The notes: a model not told the origin generated them from the letters alone. A stretch of DNA of 64,000 nt from Lama glama (GCA_028534125.1 CM052818.1:27716001-27780000), one strand, 5' to 3'; positions 13,890-28,050 are shown, counted from the stretch's first letter. Numbers and translations: made by a program.

Positions 13890-15260
13890 ATATTGGGCTT
13901 AAAAATTGGCTCATGCTCATGTATGGAAATATGATAATTAAAGAAGTTGGTGTTGCAGAACAGAGAAGTAAAGGAAGGACCACTTGGTAAATGATGCTGG
14001 GAAAATGTCCATAAGGAAAAATGAAAATTGATCTCTACTTCATATCTTACACAAAACTCAAATCCAGTTGGAAGAAGGACTTAAATATGAAAGGTAAAAT
14101 TATAAAAAATTTTGGAAAAGAATAGGAAAGAAAGAACTTACACTCTTGGGGGTATAAAAGGATTTTAAAGGAAGAAATCAGTATCTCTTACTACAAAAGA
14201 GCTGAGTGAAAACAGAAATTTTATTGCATTCAAATTAATTACTTCTGTTCTTTAAAAGCAACCATTAAGAAAGGAATAAGAAAAGCCACAAAGTGGGAGA
14301 AGCTATTTGATAAACATCATAATAAAGAGATGATTAGTATTCATACTATATAAAAATGCCTATAAATCAACAAGAGGAAGGCAACATAATAGAAAAAAAT
14401 GAGCAATAGGTATGTGGACACATTTTGCAGTAGCAGAAAAATGCATGGCTCACAAACATGAAAATATGCTCAACCTCATTTGTAATCAGGAAAAGGCAAA
14501 TTAAGCATAATGAAACAACATTTCACCCACCAGAATGGCTATAATTTATAAGCCTGTTAGTACTAAATATTGATAAGCATATTGAGCAATGGTAACTCTA
14601 ATGAGCTGCATTTTGGAGTGTAGATTGGAACAGGCTCTTTGGAAAACAATTTGAAATTATCTTTTACATTTTAATATTTCCATCCAGAAACCTCAAAAGT
14701 TCTACGTTCAGGTATATATACCCTACAGAAACTTGCACACGTGTGTGCTTGAAGACATGAATAAGATCATCCTAAGCAGTTTTGTAACAGCAAAAACATG
14801 TGAGCAGTCCAAGTGTTCCTCAGCAGTAAGACGGGTAATTATATTCTAGTGTATTCACATGTTGAGGTATTAAAGCAAATGAAATTATAGATATATGCAT
14901 TGGCACGTGCGAATCTCAAAATTAGTTTTTAGTAGAAAAAGAAAATCACAGACCACGTAGAGTAAATATGCCATTCAGAAATCAGAAAAAATTACATATG
15001 TGGGTTCATGTATAACACAAAAACTAGAAAGAAAAGCGAAAGAATAACTAAATATAACACAAAAAATTAGAGTTGTAGTTAAACCCACCTAAGGGAAGGG
15101 GAGGATGATAAAATCAGGAAGGGCACACAGGGGTCCTCAAAGCTAATGTTAATGGGATAGTTTCAGAATTTGAGTGGTAGGTTCATAGGTTTGGTTTTGT
15201 TATTACTTTTGTAACTCTTCAAAATACTATATACACTAGTATACCTACATCCATATTGAT
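13890..15260 (+). mobile_element. old L1 ORF2 C-terminus and 3'UTR
   Basis: 'aaatgatgctgggaaaa', 'tgctcaacctcatttgtaatcagg', 'tttcacccaccagaatggct', 'ctttggaaaacaatttg'. Confidence 0.85.
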
Positions 15261-15709
15261 AAATATATTTTATGATAAGCAGACCAAGTTTGGATGTGGC
15301 AAACAAGGGATAACATAATTAGACCAGAATGACACTGTCACTGCTCAGGGCACTAAATATTGGTAACAGTTGTCAGCTGCTGTGTACCAGCTTAAGATAT
15401 TTGTTTTAAAATTATAGAAACAGTTTTAAAACTTGAAATATTGTTTTTAAAAGCCATTTCACTGTGTTAAGTGAGATTATGGAATTTGTTTACTTACTCT
15501 TTGAACAATGAATGATTTTTTTTTTGAGATCCTTATATGTGTTAAGTTACTATTTGAGATGCAGTGTTTAGAGTATCAAACAATACACAAAATCTTGGCT
15601 TCCTGGGAGCTTTCAATCAAGATGGGATAGGGAAAGACTTATAATAAGCAAATAAACTAATGGACATACGATATGTCAAGGGCTGACAGCTCTTATGAGA
15701 AAAAAATAA

Positions 15710-17815
15710 CAAACTTGCCTTCTCAGTTAATAACTATAAAATTGAACAAAGCATATGAAGTAACTGTTTTCAATGACTGAGCAAAAGACAATGTAGGCAA
15801 GCACAGGTGAGTCCAATGACTGACAAAGATTTCCCTGGGTTTTCACCTAGGACAGACACTTTGCTAGTAGAATAGGGAGATGGAGCCTATGCAGAGTGGG
15901 CTGAATTTCTGAGCTAAGGAAATAGAGGATCAAAGTTCCAAGCTGCTGAAACAGTTGAAAATGTGGGGCAGCATATCTAACAGGAGGCAACCGAACATAG
16001 AACCCAGAAGTCTGTGTGGAAGTTTCTCACATATACTTGGCCAAGCATTGAGCTGCATATATGTCCACTGGTAAGTCGAGAGCTGAAAGAGGTCAGCTGG
16101 TATTAGAGGTCCTGCAGTTCTGGAAGACACTGGAGTTCCAGCCCAGTCATGGTTGGAGGGACCATGCTGAGCATTTGTAATTTTCAATGATACAGAATGA
16201 AATGCTCATACTTTATGGAAATTGTCACAACTTATAGTAAAGGGCATACCACAATTCAAAAAAAATAAAATAAAATAAAATAAATTCAAAACCAAAGGAA
16301 ATCTGCCACAACAAATAATAGAATCAAGTCTGATAGAACCCAAATAATCCTTCAGCAATTTGACTGCTTGCCAAAACAAATGTCAACACTTTTTAAAAGA
16401 TGAAGGCATAATTTAGACACCCTATAATCCATTACCCACAATCTAATGCATATAATAAAAATGACTAGACTTGAGAAAAAACAGTACTACATCAGCCAGT
16501 CAAGAAAAATAGTTAATCAAAACTAAATCCAAGAATTTGTAGGCAAAGATTTTAAGGTAATATTATACATATATTCAAACTCTAAAAAAATGAGAAATTT
16601 AGAACTAAAAGTACAATATCTGAAAAGAAACATTTATATTGTGCAGGAAAGCATCAATGAACTTCAGGATCGATCACTAGAATTTATCCAATATGAAGGA
16701 GAGAGAGAAAGATGATTAAAATAATGAACAGATCTTCAGTGACATATAGGAAATATTGATTAGTCAAATACATGTGTAATTTGACAAGAAGGAGAGGAAA
16801 CAGAATGAAGCAGAAAAAGCTTAAAGAAACAATGGCCCAAAATTTCCACAATAGGGTGAAAGACAAGGTTATGAATTCAAGAAGCTCAGCAAACCCTAAA
16901 CAGGGTAAGACAAAGAAAACCACATCTAGAAATATAATATTTAAACTGCTAGAAACCAAGGATAAACAGGAAATCTTGAAAGGAGTCAGAGAAAAAATTA
17001 CTTGTTATTTACAAAATGATGGCAAACTTCTTATCAGAAACAGTAAAGGTCAGAATCAGTGGGATAGTATCATTAAAGTGCTGACAGAAAAAAAAAAAAA
17101 AACCCCGTCAACCGAAATACTATATCCATCAAAAATATTCTTCAAGAATAAAGTCAACCAAAGATATCTTCAGGTAAGTAAAACATAAAGAATTCATTTC
17201 CAGCTGACCCACACTACAAGTAATGCTAAGGCAAGTTCTTTACTCTTATGAAAAATGACATCAAATGGAAACTTCAATATACAACAAATAATGAAGAGTA
17301 TTATACATAGTAAACATGTGAATACATACTATAGATATAATATGTATGTAATATGTATGACAAAAGCATAAAAGTAGGGAGTAAATGGAACCACACTGCT
17401 GGAAATGTATCATGTTTTATATGAAGTAAAACAATATTAACTCAAAGTAATATGTTAAATAAATGATACATCTTGTAAATCCTAGAACAATCACAAGGAA
17501 AGAAAGAAAAAGAAAAAGGCAAGGAAAGGAAAAAAAAGGAAAGGAAAGACAAAGAAAATACAAAGAAGTAGAGCTAAAAAGCCAATAAAGGAATCAAAAC
17601 TAAATACTAATAATATTTGGTTAACCACAAAGGAGGCAGGAAAAGAGAAATAGAGGAACAAGAAACAAACTGGATGGAAAAAAAATGATGGATCAAAATC
17701 CAACCCTATTACTAACACCATTAAACAAAAATGGACTAAACCTCCAATTTAAAAACACATTGTCAGACTGGGTAAAACCCAAGAACTATCTCTATGCTGT
17801 CTACAAAATAGATAT
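15710..17815 (+). mobile_element. old L1 5' region: 5'UTR, ORF1 relic, start of ORF2
   Basis: ORF 16772-17188 reads like L1 ORF1p (ETMAQNF…TSRNIIFKLLETKDKQEILK…LYPSKIFFKN); endonuclease-start relic 'aatggactaaacctccaatttaaaa…tatgctgtctacaa' at about 17730-17805. Confidence 0.85.
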
Positions 17816-18654
17816 TTGTTTAAACTAAAAACTCAACCAGCTTTATTTATTCTATTGCTCAGCCTGTGCTTTCAAGATGCTGCTTTAAAGTGTAAATCAT
17901 CTCTATCTACCCTTATAACAATGATGACTTCAAAAGTTATGTCTCTAACTCCATCTCCTTTTTGTGCTATGACACTCCCAAATGCACACGTCTATTTAAG
18001 TCTCTTGGTACCTCAGAAGAAACACTGCTAAGATTGGCTTAATCATTCTACCCCAAAGCGAATTTCCCTCTCCATTTTGCCTTCTCTGTTAATGAAATAA
18101 CCATTTTTGCTAATTGCATATGCCCAAAACTTTGAAATCAACTTAGATTCTATCATCTTTTAATAACTAAATCACATTACATGTTTTGCAAAATGTCTAT
18201 ATGCACTGACATATGATTTAGGTTATCATCATTTGACATATTTTGTAGAGTGGCCACAAAGTGTTTAAGCGGAGAAAGTAGATGTCATTTGTATGTGCTT
18301 CTCCAATTTCTGCACACAATTTAATTTTTACAGTTTTACTCATCTTCTTTTTGACTTCTTCTTCTGTATTAATGGATGGAAGTCATTAAAACAGCCCCTG
18401 ATAGCTGTTCTTAGGTATTTAATTGATTTTTGTTGAATTTCAAACTTAGGGACTTTGTAGTTACTTGGTACTAGAACTTCCTTAAAAGTGTTATTTATGG
18501 CGGAAAAGCATTGTAATAGCATTAAAAGAGACACAAATGTATCTACCCACTGTACCTAAAAATTACATTGTTTTAATTAAAACTTTTAGAGATACTTTTT
18601 TTGTACTCTGCTTTTAAACTTCACACTTCTCATTTCTGTTGAAGTCTTGAAATT

Positions 18655-19220
18655 GGGAGGAATGATGTTAGCAAAATGGTGGCACAGGAATTTCTAATGC
18701 TCGTCCTCCATCAGAAACATCCACTTGAACAACTATCCATGCACAAAAATACCTTTATAAGAGCCAAGGATTCCAGATGAGGTATTACAGCACATGGGTG
18801 AAGCACAGAAATAAGAAAAGATGCATTGAGGAAGGTAAGAATAATAGATTCAAATACTCCCATCGTCTATTCTTTGACCTTGAGCAGCCCAGCAAAGAGA
18901 CATACCCTCCTGGTGAAGAAATGAGCCCCAACTTCATCGCAGACCTTACAGCTAGCCTGTCCCAGCACCATAGAGATTCCAATGGCCTCAGGTGGCTCCC
19001 TGGGGACTCCTACCAACCCAGACCCTTAGCTCCCCAGGTAACTCTCAGCTCCAGTGGCCTCAGGCAACTCTTACAGTTAGGTGGCTTCTGTGTTACCAGG
19101 CTGCCAGCAGGCTCCTGCTAACCCAGGCCCCTGTATCACCCCAGCTGCCTGCTGGCTTTAGGCCTTCAGTGGATCCCATGCCCCTAGACTCCCAGTTAAG
19201 CCCCAGGAATTCAAGTTCCT
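18655..19220 (+). mobile_element. L1 5'UTR fragment
   Basis: Starts 'gggaggaatgatgttagcaaaatggtggc' (L1 5' end with YY1-like site), followed by C-rich 'ccccag' repeated units; no ORF1 follows. Confidence 0.65.
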
Positions 19221-19419
19221 TGGTGGGATCAGCAAAGGAAAGTGAGATGGAACAGAATGAAAACTATATACAGTCAAATTAGACATTATTATTTAAAATT
19301 AATTTTAATAATACATACTGTATTTTCAAATCTTTTGTTTCTGGAACTCATGAAAAAAATTTTTTTTTGCAGGAGTATCTTCCTGTGGCTTTTATTTTTT
19401 ATTTATTTATTTTTGGGAG

Positions 19420-19855
19420 AAATTTTATTTTATTTTTTTTTCCCTTTTTCAGTTTTATTAGGTAGAATTATTACAGTTTGCACATACACATTATATTGCA
19501 TGTAAATACATATATACAGTATACTGTACTTTTTTTAGTTTTCATTTATGTACTAATTATAGTTTCTAAGAACAGATTAGATCTCTAGCTTTTTGAACTT
19601 ACATAGTTATCAAAGGAATAAAGCCAATGACAACAAGACTCAACAGAATGTGGTAATCCAATCATAAAGGATAGTGAAATGTGCCTACACATATTCAAGA
19701 AATCAAAATAATAATTCTTTCATTTGTGTCCTTATTATTATTATTATTTTTTAGATTCCTCGTATAAATGATGTCATATGGCAGTTTTATTTCTCAGCAA
19801 TATGGATGGACCTGAAGACTGTCATTCTAAGTGAAGTGGGCCAGAAAGAGAATGA
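19420..19855 (-). mobile_element. 5'-inverted retrocopy: L1 3'UTR pieces plus unique polyadenylated sequence
   Basis: T-tract and ttttatt (AATAAA on minus) at the left; antisense L1 piece about 19720-19796 joined to the adjacent L1 piece in sense at 19797-19852. Confidence 0.6.
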
Positions 19856-21800
19856 AATTCTTTATCAAAGGTGAGTGAAAGCAGTATCTTGGTCCCGATT
19901 TGTTCTGGTTTCTCCTCTTTCTGAGATCAGCGTGTGCTTGATCTGCTGGCTTATTTGAACACATCCACAGTGGTAGGTTGAGGGAATTCTCAGCCACATG
20001 GTCTGCAATTGCAGAGCTTCCAGACTTTGAAAGAGAATCCTCATCCACTATATATCCTGGAGTATACTGTGGAGAATTTAAGGAAGTTCTTTCTACAAAA
20101 CACTTAGCAAAAAGTTTGCCACTTTTTTTTTTCTCCTGCCCTTCCTCCGTTTCCTCCTCCTTTTTCCTTCTTTCTCTCTGTAATTAAAGCAATGCAACTT
20201 TTTATTTTTTTCCAAAAGACTATTCTTGCCTGCTCTTTCTCTGGCTAGAAAAAATAAAATGTTGCCCTTTGCTGCCAAAATCTTTGGGCTTATTGATCCT
20301 TTCCATGTAGTATAGTGAGCATAGCCCTTGGGTTAAGACTCAGAGTTTTATTTTACATCTTGGCTCTGGTGTTAGCCACATGAAGTGAAGATAAGTACCT
20401 TCTGACATCTTTGGGATTTCAGGGTGTTCTTACAATCAGGGACTTTGGAACTTGTCTATTAAGGTATGGTCTGCATTTTCCTGAATAATTTTCTTGTTGA
20501 AGCCCCCTAACATGTGGTAGAGTTATGTCTGACAAAAAGTCCCTGTCTCAGTTACGGTAAGAGGAACCGAGGAACGGAACTTGGTGAGAGTCAGCTTCAG
20601 TGTTTCATCCAGTGAGCAGTCCATCCCCAGAGAGACTTGTGGAACCAATGAGAGCATGAATGAGAAGGAAGATTTCTGGGTGCAGAGTCAGGGTCTGGTT
20701 TGCTTCTCAGTTTTCAGCTAAAGGTAGGTCATGGTCCATGCGAAGAGAGTCCTTATAGGGCCATATCTTAAATAAATGTGTCTGAGAATTGCTTTCCCTT
20801 TTCCATCAGAGATCCAGGTCTCCAAAACACATTTTTGATTTTAAGGGATTCCCATAGACAAGCCTTAGTTCTTTCTTTCTGTTTCCCTCCAACTAGATTT
20901 AAATCCCAAGAGACAACTTACCCTATGCAAAATAGCAGGGATCTAACTAGAGCTGGAGCTAGAGATTAAAGTGGGAGGAGAGGGCATGGAAAGAAAATAA
21001 GGGGAAGAGATAAGATTAAAAATCAACATCCTATGCAAGAAAAGAATGAGCTCAGAGCAAAGGGCCTAAATTGCAGCTCCCTCCACTTCTCTGTCACATC
21101 ACCAGGCTGATTCCTGCATCCCAGCTGCCAAGTTCCTCATGGCTGGAGTTGCTCTTCCTAAAGAGGAATCTTTGCATTTAAGAATGAGTCTTTGAACAAT
21201 AATATATGCTTTTTTTGAGTTATGTTACTACTTTTATGTAATGGGGAACTGAGTGCCATTAATTCACTCCCGGATAGGAGACTTAACTAATACCGAATGT
21301 GATTCTGGTCTTTTATTTACGACCACTTTTCTTTTAACTCTGCACTGGAATGAACTCAGCACTGCATTTCACGTATTGATTTGGAATCTGAAAGTTTTAT
21401 TTATTACCTTAATCAGAATCCTGGGTATTTAGACAGCATTTGCCTTTCCCCTGTGGAATGTCACTGTGTGGCTGTCCTCTGGCATCTCTTTCTTTTCTTG
21501 CTTTTCTTTGGGTGTTTAACAGCTCCCTCAGGGCATTGCCAATTATTTATGACATACTTCTCCTTGTAAGATCTAGTTGGAAAACCTGTTCCTATGGAAA
21601 CTGCTGTTTTCAAACAGGAGGGTTCCAACTTCAAAACAGTATCATCAAATATGCAACAGCATATATATCTTTTAATGGCAAGCATATTCTAATGATTTGT
21701 ATAACCAAATCTGAACATTAAAAAAAAAAAGGACAAAATGTACAGAAAGCCCATCTGATTGAGTGGGAGATGAGGATTATCTCAAGAAAACTGGGAATTA

Positions 21801-22123
21801 AACAACAACAACAACAAAAAAGCATAAATACAAAACAGAAATAGACTCATAGACATAGAATACAAACTTCTGGTTGCCAAGGGGGCGGAGGGTGGGAAGG
21901 GATATACGGGATTTCAAAATTGTAGAATAGATAAACAAGATTATACTGTAAAGCACAGGGAAATATACACAAGATCTTATGGTAGCTCACAGAGAAAAAA
22001 ATGTGACAATGAATATATATATGTTCATGTATAACTGAAAAATTGTGCTCTACACTGGAATTTGACACAACATTGTAAAATGATTATAAATCAATAAAAA
22101 ATGTTAAAAAAAAAAAAAAAAGA
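21801..22123 (+). mobile_element. young 5'-truncated L1 3' end (camelid type)
   Basis: L1 3'UTR, AATAAA and a long poly(A); 17-bp TSD aagaaaactgggaatta (21784-21800) / aagaaagctgggcatta (22124-22140). Confidence 0.92.
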
Positions 22124-24649
22124 AAGAAAGCTGGGCATTAGTTTGACTTGACATATTTAGGGAAGCCTAGTGAGAAGAGCTAGGCCTGTGACCTTCGTGA
22201 ACAGATGTAACAGAGATGGACTAAACCTGGGTTTTGACATTTCTCTGTTTTTAGTGTACTGTTTAACATTAAACCCCGACTGAAATCTATTCATCCAAAG
22301 CATGTTTCACTGGCAACGGCACCAAACACTACATTTTCCACCCAGAGTATTTATTAGCTTATTACCCAGCCATAGTTTGTTTTCTTTGTCCCACTATTCA
22401 TTCATTTCAGTGCCAAGGAAAGGAAGGACAATGTTACCACTGAGTGATACTTTGAGAGCTTTGTTATTCAGGTTACTAAGGCAAAATCACTCTATCTATA
22501 TCCTTGACTGGTATTTTTTCTTTTGTTTGTTGAGAGACAGCCATTTTCTCTCACTGCAGTCAAAGCCAAATTTTGCTAGTTACCATGGCAATATTTTTGA
22601 AGTCAGTATCACTCTAATGTTCCATCATGACTTATTATGATATAGCTTGGGTTTGTTGTAGACTTCATTTGCCTATCAATCACACTGGAGAATTCTAAGG
22701 TGGGAGGAGAGAGAGGGGGAGAAAGTGAAAGAGAGAGAGAGAGATTGATTCACAGAGAATTATAATATTGCATCAGAATGTAAAAATGAGTCTACATAAC
22801 TTCAGAGTAGCATGTTGTATTGAGGGGGACAAATTATTCTTTTAATCCTTACTCAGTTGTAATGCAATGTAAATGCAGGCTCAAATTATCAAGTCCATTG
22901 TCAGGGATATGCTTGTTCCTTGATTTTGAGCCAACATACTACACAAGATATGTATAAATACTTAGGAAAAAAAATCAGCATGTTCAGTTTAAAGATGCAA
23001 TGTTAGAGTCCCTGTTGAGAAGTTCATGTTTATAAAGACTTCAGCTTGTTCTCTCCGGGACCTGATTCATTATTGGAAGTTTCTCCTGGAATGTGCATCA
23101 TTTCTGAGGGAAGGCTTGAAGCATATGAACCTCTGGGAGATAGATGGCACAAAATGGAAAGCAGCACTGTGTACACTGGTCCCTGGTCAAAAGGCAATGT
23201 TCAGCTTTAGAATAGAAGGAGTCTGATTATATATGGTCAAAATAAGTTTCATCTTTGCACTGATACTATCACTTTCACTATCAATCACCTCTTATGGAAC
23301 ATCACACAGCTCCCCACCTCCCTGAAGATTAAAGTATCATTTGTAATAATTTGTAAAAATTAGGAAATTATGTAATTAACAATGTTCAGTAGCTGGGATA
23401 AACATCAACCATATAGTGTATGTACGTTAAATGAGGGTGGTATTGAGTCTCGGAGGGTAAAAAATACAGATCATAAATAATAGATTAACAAATGCACAGT
23501 ATATGTGTGATAAAATTTCATGGGAGAGGGACTATTTTAAAAATGTCAAAAAATAACTCCTTAGGGAAATAATAATGAAAAAGGGCTGAGAAACACTAAT
23601 CCAATGCAAGTCCCAGGTAGGCTGACTGACCTGACCAGTTTCCACGGCTAGTTAGCACAGATACAGCTCTTGGTATCAGATCTCTTGACTTCCTCCTGAG
23701 ATTTCTAAATTTATTCAGCGAATATTTATCACATGTCTGTGATGGATTACAAACTGTGTTAAAATCTGAGACACAGAAACAAAAATGTCATAGTCCCTAA
23801 TGTCAAGGAAAACACTGAGGAGCGCTTGGTGATTACAGAACAATGTAGTAAGGACTGTGACAGCAGTAAAATATCGTAGAGATCCCTTGTTCTCAGTACT
23901 ATGGAAGAATCAATTAAATTCATAAGTTGATTTACCTTGCTATGTTGACATTTTCATGAGCTTGACATTGGTTTCTCATGTGAAATTGTTCTTTGGGAAA
24001 CACACACTATGTACTTGGTTAGGATGTAACAGAAAGAGCATTAGACTTAAACAATTTGGACTCAAATCCCTGGTTTTTGTCTTTAGTAATCATCCAGGTA
24101 ATTTTTAGTTGGCTGTGGATATGCTCAAAAAAACTTAATTTTTTTTCATCTATTGATGTCACAAAATTTCTTTGAGAATTAAATCTTATAGAAAACATAT
24201 CCATTCAAACCTAAGAAGGCACTTGGGTGTTCCTCTGGCCAACTAAAATGAGGACATAAAGCAGGTGTGTTGTCATAAACCTTAGGGCCTGACTTTCAGT
24301 AAGCAGGGGATGGACTGCTCTGTTTCATCAGCTAAATTTCTTTGCCATCTACTTGTGCTCTCATGCCCAAGGCTTACACTTGGAGATATGTTTTTGATCT
24401 CAAGGGAGTCCATCAGTGGGACTTCAGCATGAACTTTGCTGACTGGGGTGAGGAAGAAAGCCCTGCATATTAATCACTGACTTCCGATGAGATCCAGTGG
24501 GGAGGAACGTGGCTTGTCCCTGCCAAGTGCAGTCAGGCCAGTGAAAGCTGGAAGAACAAGAGGGAACCAGGGGCTCACACTGGAGTGACCTGTGTAGTCA
24601 GTGGCTCTCTGGAAGTGACTGAGGACTTTAGATTTTTGCATAAGGCTTA

Positions 24650-25106
24650 TTATACAAATGAAGACTCCCTAAATGAGAACAAGCAGAGGCTATTTATTTA
24701 GAGCTTACTGTAGCAAGGGAGTCACTTGGCTTAGCAAATAAATCAAAGATAGGTTGGGGCATGTGAAAGTATTCTAGTATAAAAAAAGGGAATGGGGAAG
24801 TTCTAGATATGCTCGGATAGGAGATTCTTGGCGTAGGAGGTGGGCAAATTGGAAGCACAGCATTGCCATCTATGTGATTGATTTAGGAATATATTTGACT
24901 TTCTTTGATTGGTTCTGACTTGAGGTCGAGGGAGGCAAAAATTAGGTAAACTGGCAGTCATTGACTAAGTCCTGACCTTTCTGGGCCAAGGGTTATTACA
25001 GAAGTTGTGGTTTGGTTTCCTGAACTGATTGTTGTAGAGGCTGTGGGTCAGATTTCTATTGTCACGCATGGTCTGGTCACTGTTCATTTGTGTATTCAGT
25101 TTCTCA
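24650..25106 (-). mobile_element. MER67-like ERV1 solo LTR
   Basis: Minus strand begins TGAGAAACTGAATACACAAATG…GACAATAGAAATCTGACCCACAGCCTCT…GGTCAGGACTTAGTCAATGACTGCCAG, as in the recalled MER67 consensus. Confidence 0.75.
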
Positions 25107-25504
25107 GCTGGTATGCACATTCCCCTGCTACAGGTAACATATTAAGCTGTTATCAGTCACTTCAAAAAAATATGTGACTAAAACCTCCTTGGAACACTTT
25201 TGAGAAATGAGTTGGCCAGGAAAAATAAAAGAAAGACCTAGACTGAGTGTTTCAATAAATCTGGGAATAACTATGACGCAAATTTCCTGAGCTATCTGGA
25301 ACTTGTACAACTTCCTCACGTCTATTTCCCCCAAGGTGATTAGAACTAAAAGTTTAAAATGAAAAGAACTCATGTACTTATTTCCCCCAACATCCAGTAA
25401 AAGAGCAGTTGGAAGGGTTGTGTCATTATTTACAGCAGTCCTGGGAAGCAGGGAAGTGGATAGAGAACCCTTAGGTTAGATTTAAAAGCTGGTTGAACCA
25501 AAAG

Positions 25505-26035
25505 CGTAGAAAGGGGACCCCTTGTACACTGTTGGTGGGAACGTAAATTGGTGCAGCTACTATGAAAAACAGTGTGGAGTTTCCTTAAAAAATTAAAAAT
25601 TGAACTACCTCATGACTCAGCAAATCCATCTCTGGGTATGTATTTGAAGGAAATGAAATCACTATCTTGAAGAGATATCTGCACCCCCATGTTCAATGCA
25701 GCATTATTTACAACAGCCAAGATGTGGAAACAACCTGAGTGTCTATCAACAGATGAATGGATAAAGAAAATGTGGTATATACACACAATGGAATATTATA
25801 CAGCCTTAAAAAGAAGGAAATATTGCTATTTATGAAAACATGGATGAAACTTAAGGGAATTATGCTAAATAAAACAAGTCAGACAGAGAAAGACAAATAC
25901 TGTATAATCTTGTTTATGTGCAGAATCTAAAACCTGAACTCACAGAAACAATAGAAAGATGGTTGCCCCCAGGCGATTATGGCAAAGGAGGAAATAGGTG
26001 AAAGTGGTCAAAGGGTACAAACTTACAGTATATAA
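25505..26035 (+). mobile_element. L1 (L1MA/L1MB-like) 3' fragment
   Basis: 'tacactgttggtgggaacgtaaattggtgcagc', 'gatgaatggataaagaaaatgtggtatatacacacaatggaata'. Confidence 0.92.
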
Positions 26036-26379
26036 AAAACAAAATACAAAAAATGAATACAATTGAATCTTGGAGCCAGAGGAAAGAAACTAGGGAAAGG
26101 GGAAGGAAAATCAGTGTTTGTTGAAGACTTGTTTTATGTCAGCTACTATGCTGAAACTTAACAAATATCTCACGTAGTCTTCACAAGCAAATTGAAGGTA
26201 AATAGTATTTTCATTTGACTGACGGGGAAGATGAGACATACAGAGTAAAGGAGACACAGAGGGTAAATGAGTCACCAGGTTACAGAAATGGTAAATGTAG
26301 GATCTAGTATTACTACTGTCTATGCCAATATGATTTTACTATTCCAGGAGATTCTTTCCCAGGGGTATAAAAGGTGAAA

Positions 26380-26720
26380 ATAACTTTATTATTCAGGGGA
26401 ATTTCCTGAAAGATTCATTAACTCTTTAATAGAAAATATCAGTGGACTATTAAGTCCCTAACTTTCTTTGAACCCTCATCTCCAAATCCTCACCTTGCTC
26501 TTTCTACCACTCCTAAACCATTACACCAAGATCTTTACTCAGTGCTAATGAAATCTGCTCCACCCCGCCTCCACTCACCCATTGAAAGATCTGCCTTAAA
26601 CCAGACTTCAAAAGCTCAATAAATCAAATCTTGCTCCTTTCTTTTCAAGACTACTGGTAGAATTAGCAGGCTCTTACTGCAATAGGCAATAAATTCTACT
26701 TTATCTTATCTGGTTGATTC
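26380..26720 (+). mobile_element. ERV1-type LTR remnant (MER90/MER110-like)
   Basis: 'attgaaagatctgccttaaaccagacttcaaaagctcaataaa' and a downstream 'gcaataggcaataaa'. Confidence 0.55.
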
Positions 26721-27099
26721 TTTCATTCAATACTCATTCAACGTATCTGTGAGGCTAAATTGTGTAAGTCCTCTCCTTCCCATGCTTAATTGATACATCC
26801 TTTATTGACACATTTTCTCTGTTCCACCTCTACCTTATTTGCCACTTGAATCCACTTAGATGTGCCCACACGGACACGCAGACCCAGACAGGCATACACA
26901 CACAGAGTCAAAACCCTCATCTGCATCTCGGTGTAACTTCAATTACGGAAGTCCCATACCATTGTTCTCTCTTTTTCCTGGTTTATGTGGGTGAAGTTTT
27001 AAACAACAATGGACCACCAGCTTTGTCTTACAATAGTGCACCTGAGAGGGGAATTATTTAAAAATATGTATAATCTGTTATTTTATCTGTGATAATATA

Positions 27100-28050
27100 G
27101 AATATTATGAGATAGTGACATCCGACTTGCAAAGTGGTATTAACATACATCTATTCTGATTATTCATCCTGAGGACAGAATAAATGTGCATACTGAGACA
27201 AACAGTGGAAGGAAGTGGAGAAAGTAGCAAATCTTGATGAGCAAATACCAGCTGAACTTAAAGGGACCTTTTGATTTCATCCATGAATGGCTACTTAAAG
27301 CCCAGATCAGATGAGGTAGAATGGGAACAGAAAGTAGCAGAGTGGAAGATGTGTGGGAAATCAGGAACTATGGACAAATGTGGATTTGAACCATGCACAT
27401 TACTGGGTGGTGACAGGTTTCAGAAGGCTAAAGGTGGTTTTTGAGGAAATGGAAAGTGTAAATCAAAGTAAAAACTTCAATACTTAAATAAAATCTGTAG
27501 AGCTACAGGCTGTGTATCTTCATAAAGTCACAAATTAGTCATAGCCTTCGGCAACAGTGGGTTACTATTTACAAGGAAGACATGGGATATCTGCCTCGCT
27601 GGGAGCAGCCTCAAAGAGCCAAGGTGAACTGGAACAGCTGAATCTGACTTATAACCAGTTCCACCATGTACAAGTAGATGTGCGTATTGGAAGTGGTTTG
27701 TTTATGCTAAGAAATTAAGGACATAAAATTATATTTTGGGGATGAAGGAAATCAGTGGTAAATATCAGGTAATGAGATTCTGATATCACAACATTTCAAG
27801 GTTGTTTTGAAATCCATTATGGGCAATGCATAAGCCAAACAGGAAGACAAGAAATTAGGTGTTCTAAGGCAGGACAAGTCCCTTTGCAGCTTGTCATTAA
27901 GATGGGTGAGTAGTCTTCTCCAATTCGTAACAGGGGAGTACTGTTTCTTTCCTTTGAGTGATGAAAAAGAGAACTGAATGGTAAATGACAACCCAAATGT
28001 CAAACGGAATTGCACAGCTTTGAATCCCTTGTATTTTAATCCTTAAAAAT
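27100..28050 (+). mobile_element. highly decayed non-LTR reverse transcriptase relic (RTE-X/L4-like)
   Basis: Collinear degenerate RT motifs: VDLNHAHYWV (27380-27409), TGCVSS (27505-27522), LLFT..EDM (27562-27584), ISGNEILISQHFK (about 27763-27800). Confidence 0.5.

Noticed and set aside
16772..17188. 138-aa ORF as a host gene
   Set aside because: It is a decayed L1 ORF1p fragment inside an L1 copy
20503..20556. 54-nt open exon-like segment (AG…|GTAAGA)
   Set aside because: Isolated, with no recognisable homology; several other donor-like sites nearby suggest chance
27490..27525. ELQAVYL read as retroviral RNase H
   Set aside because: The neighbouring motif order does not fit RNase H; the alternative frame fits non-LTR RT motif order better
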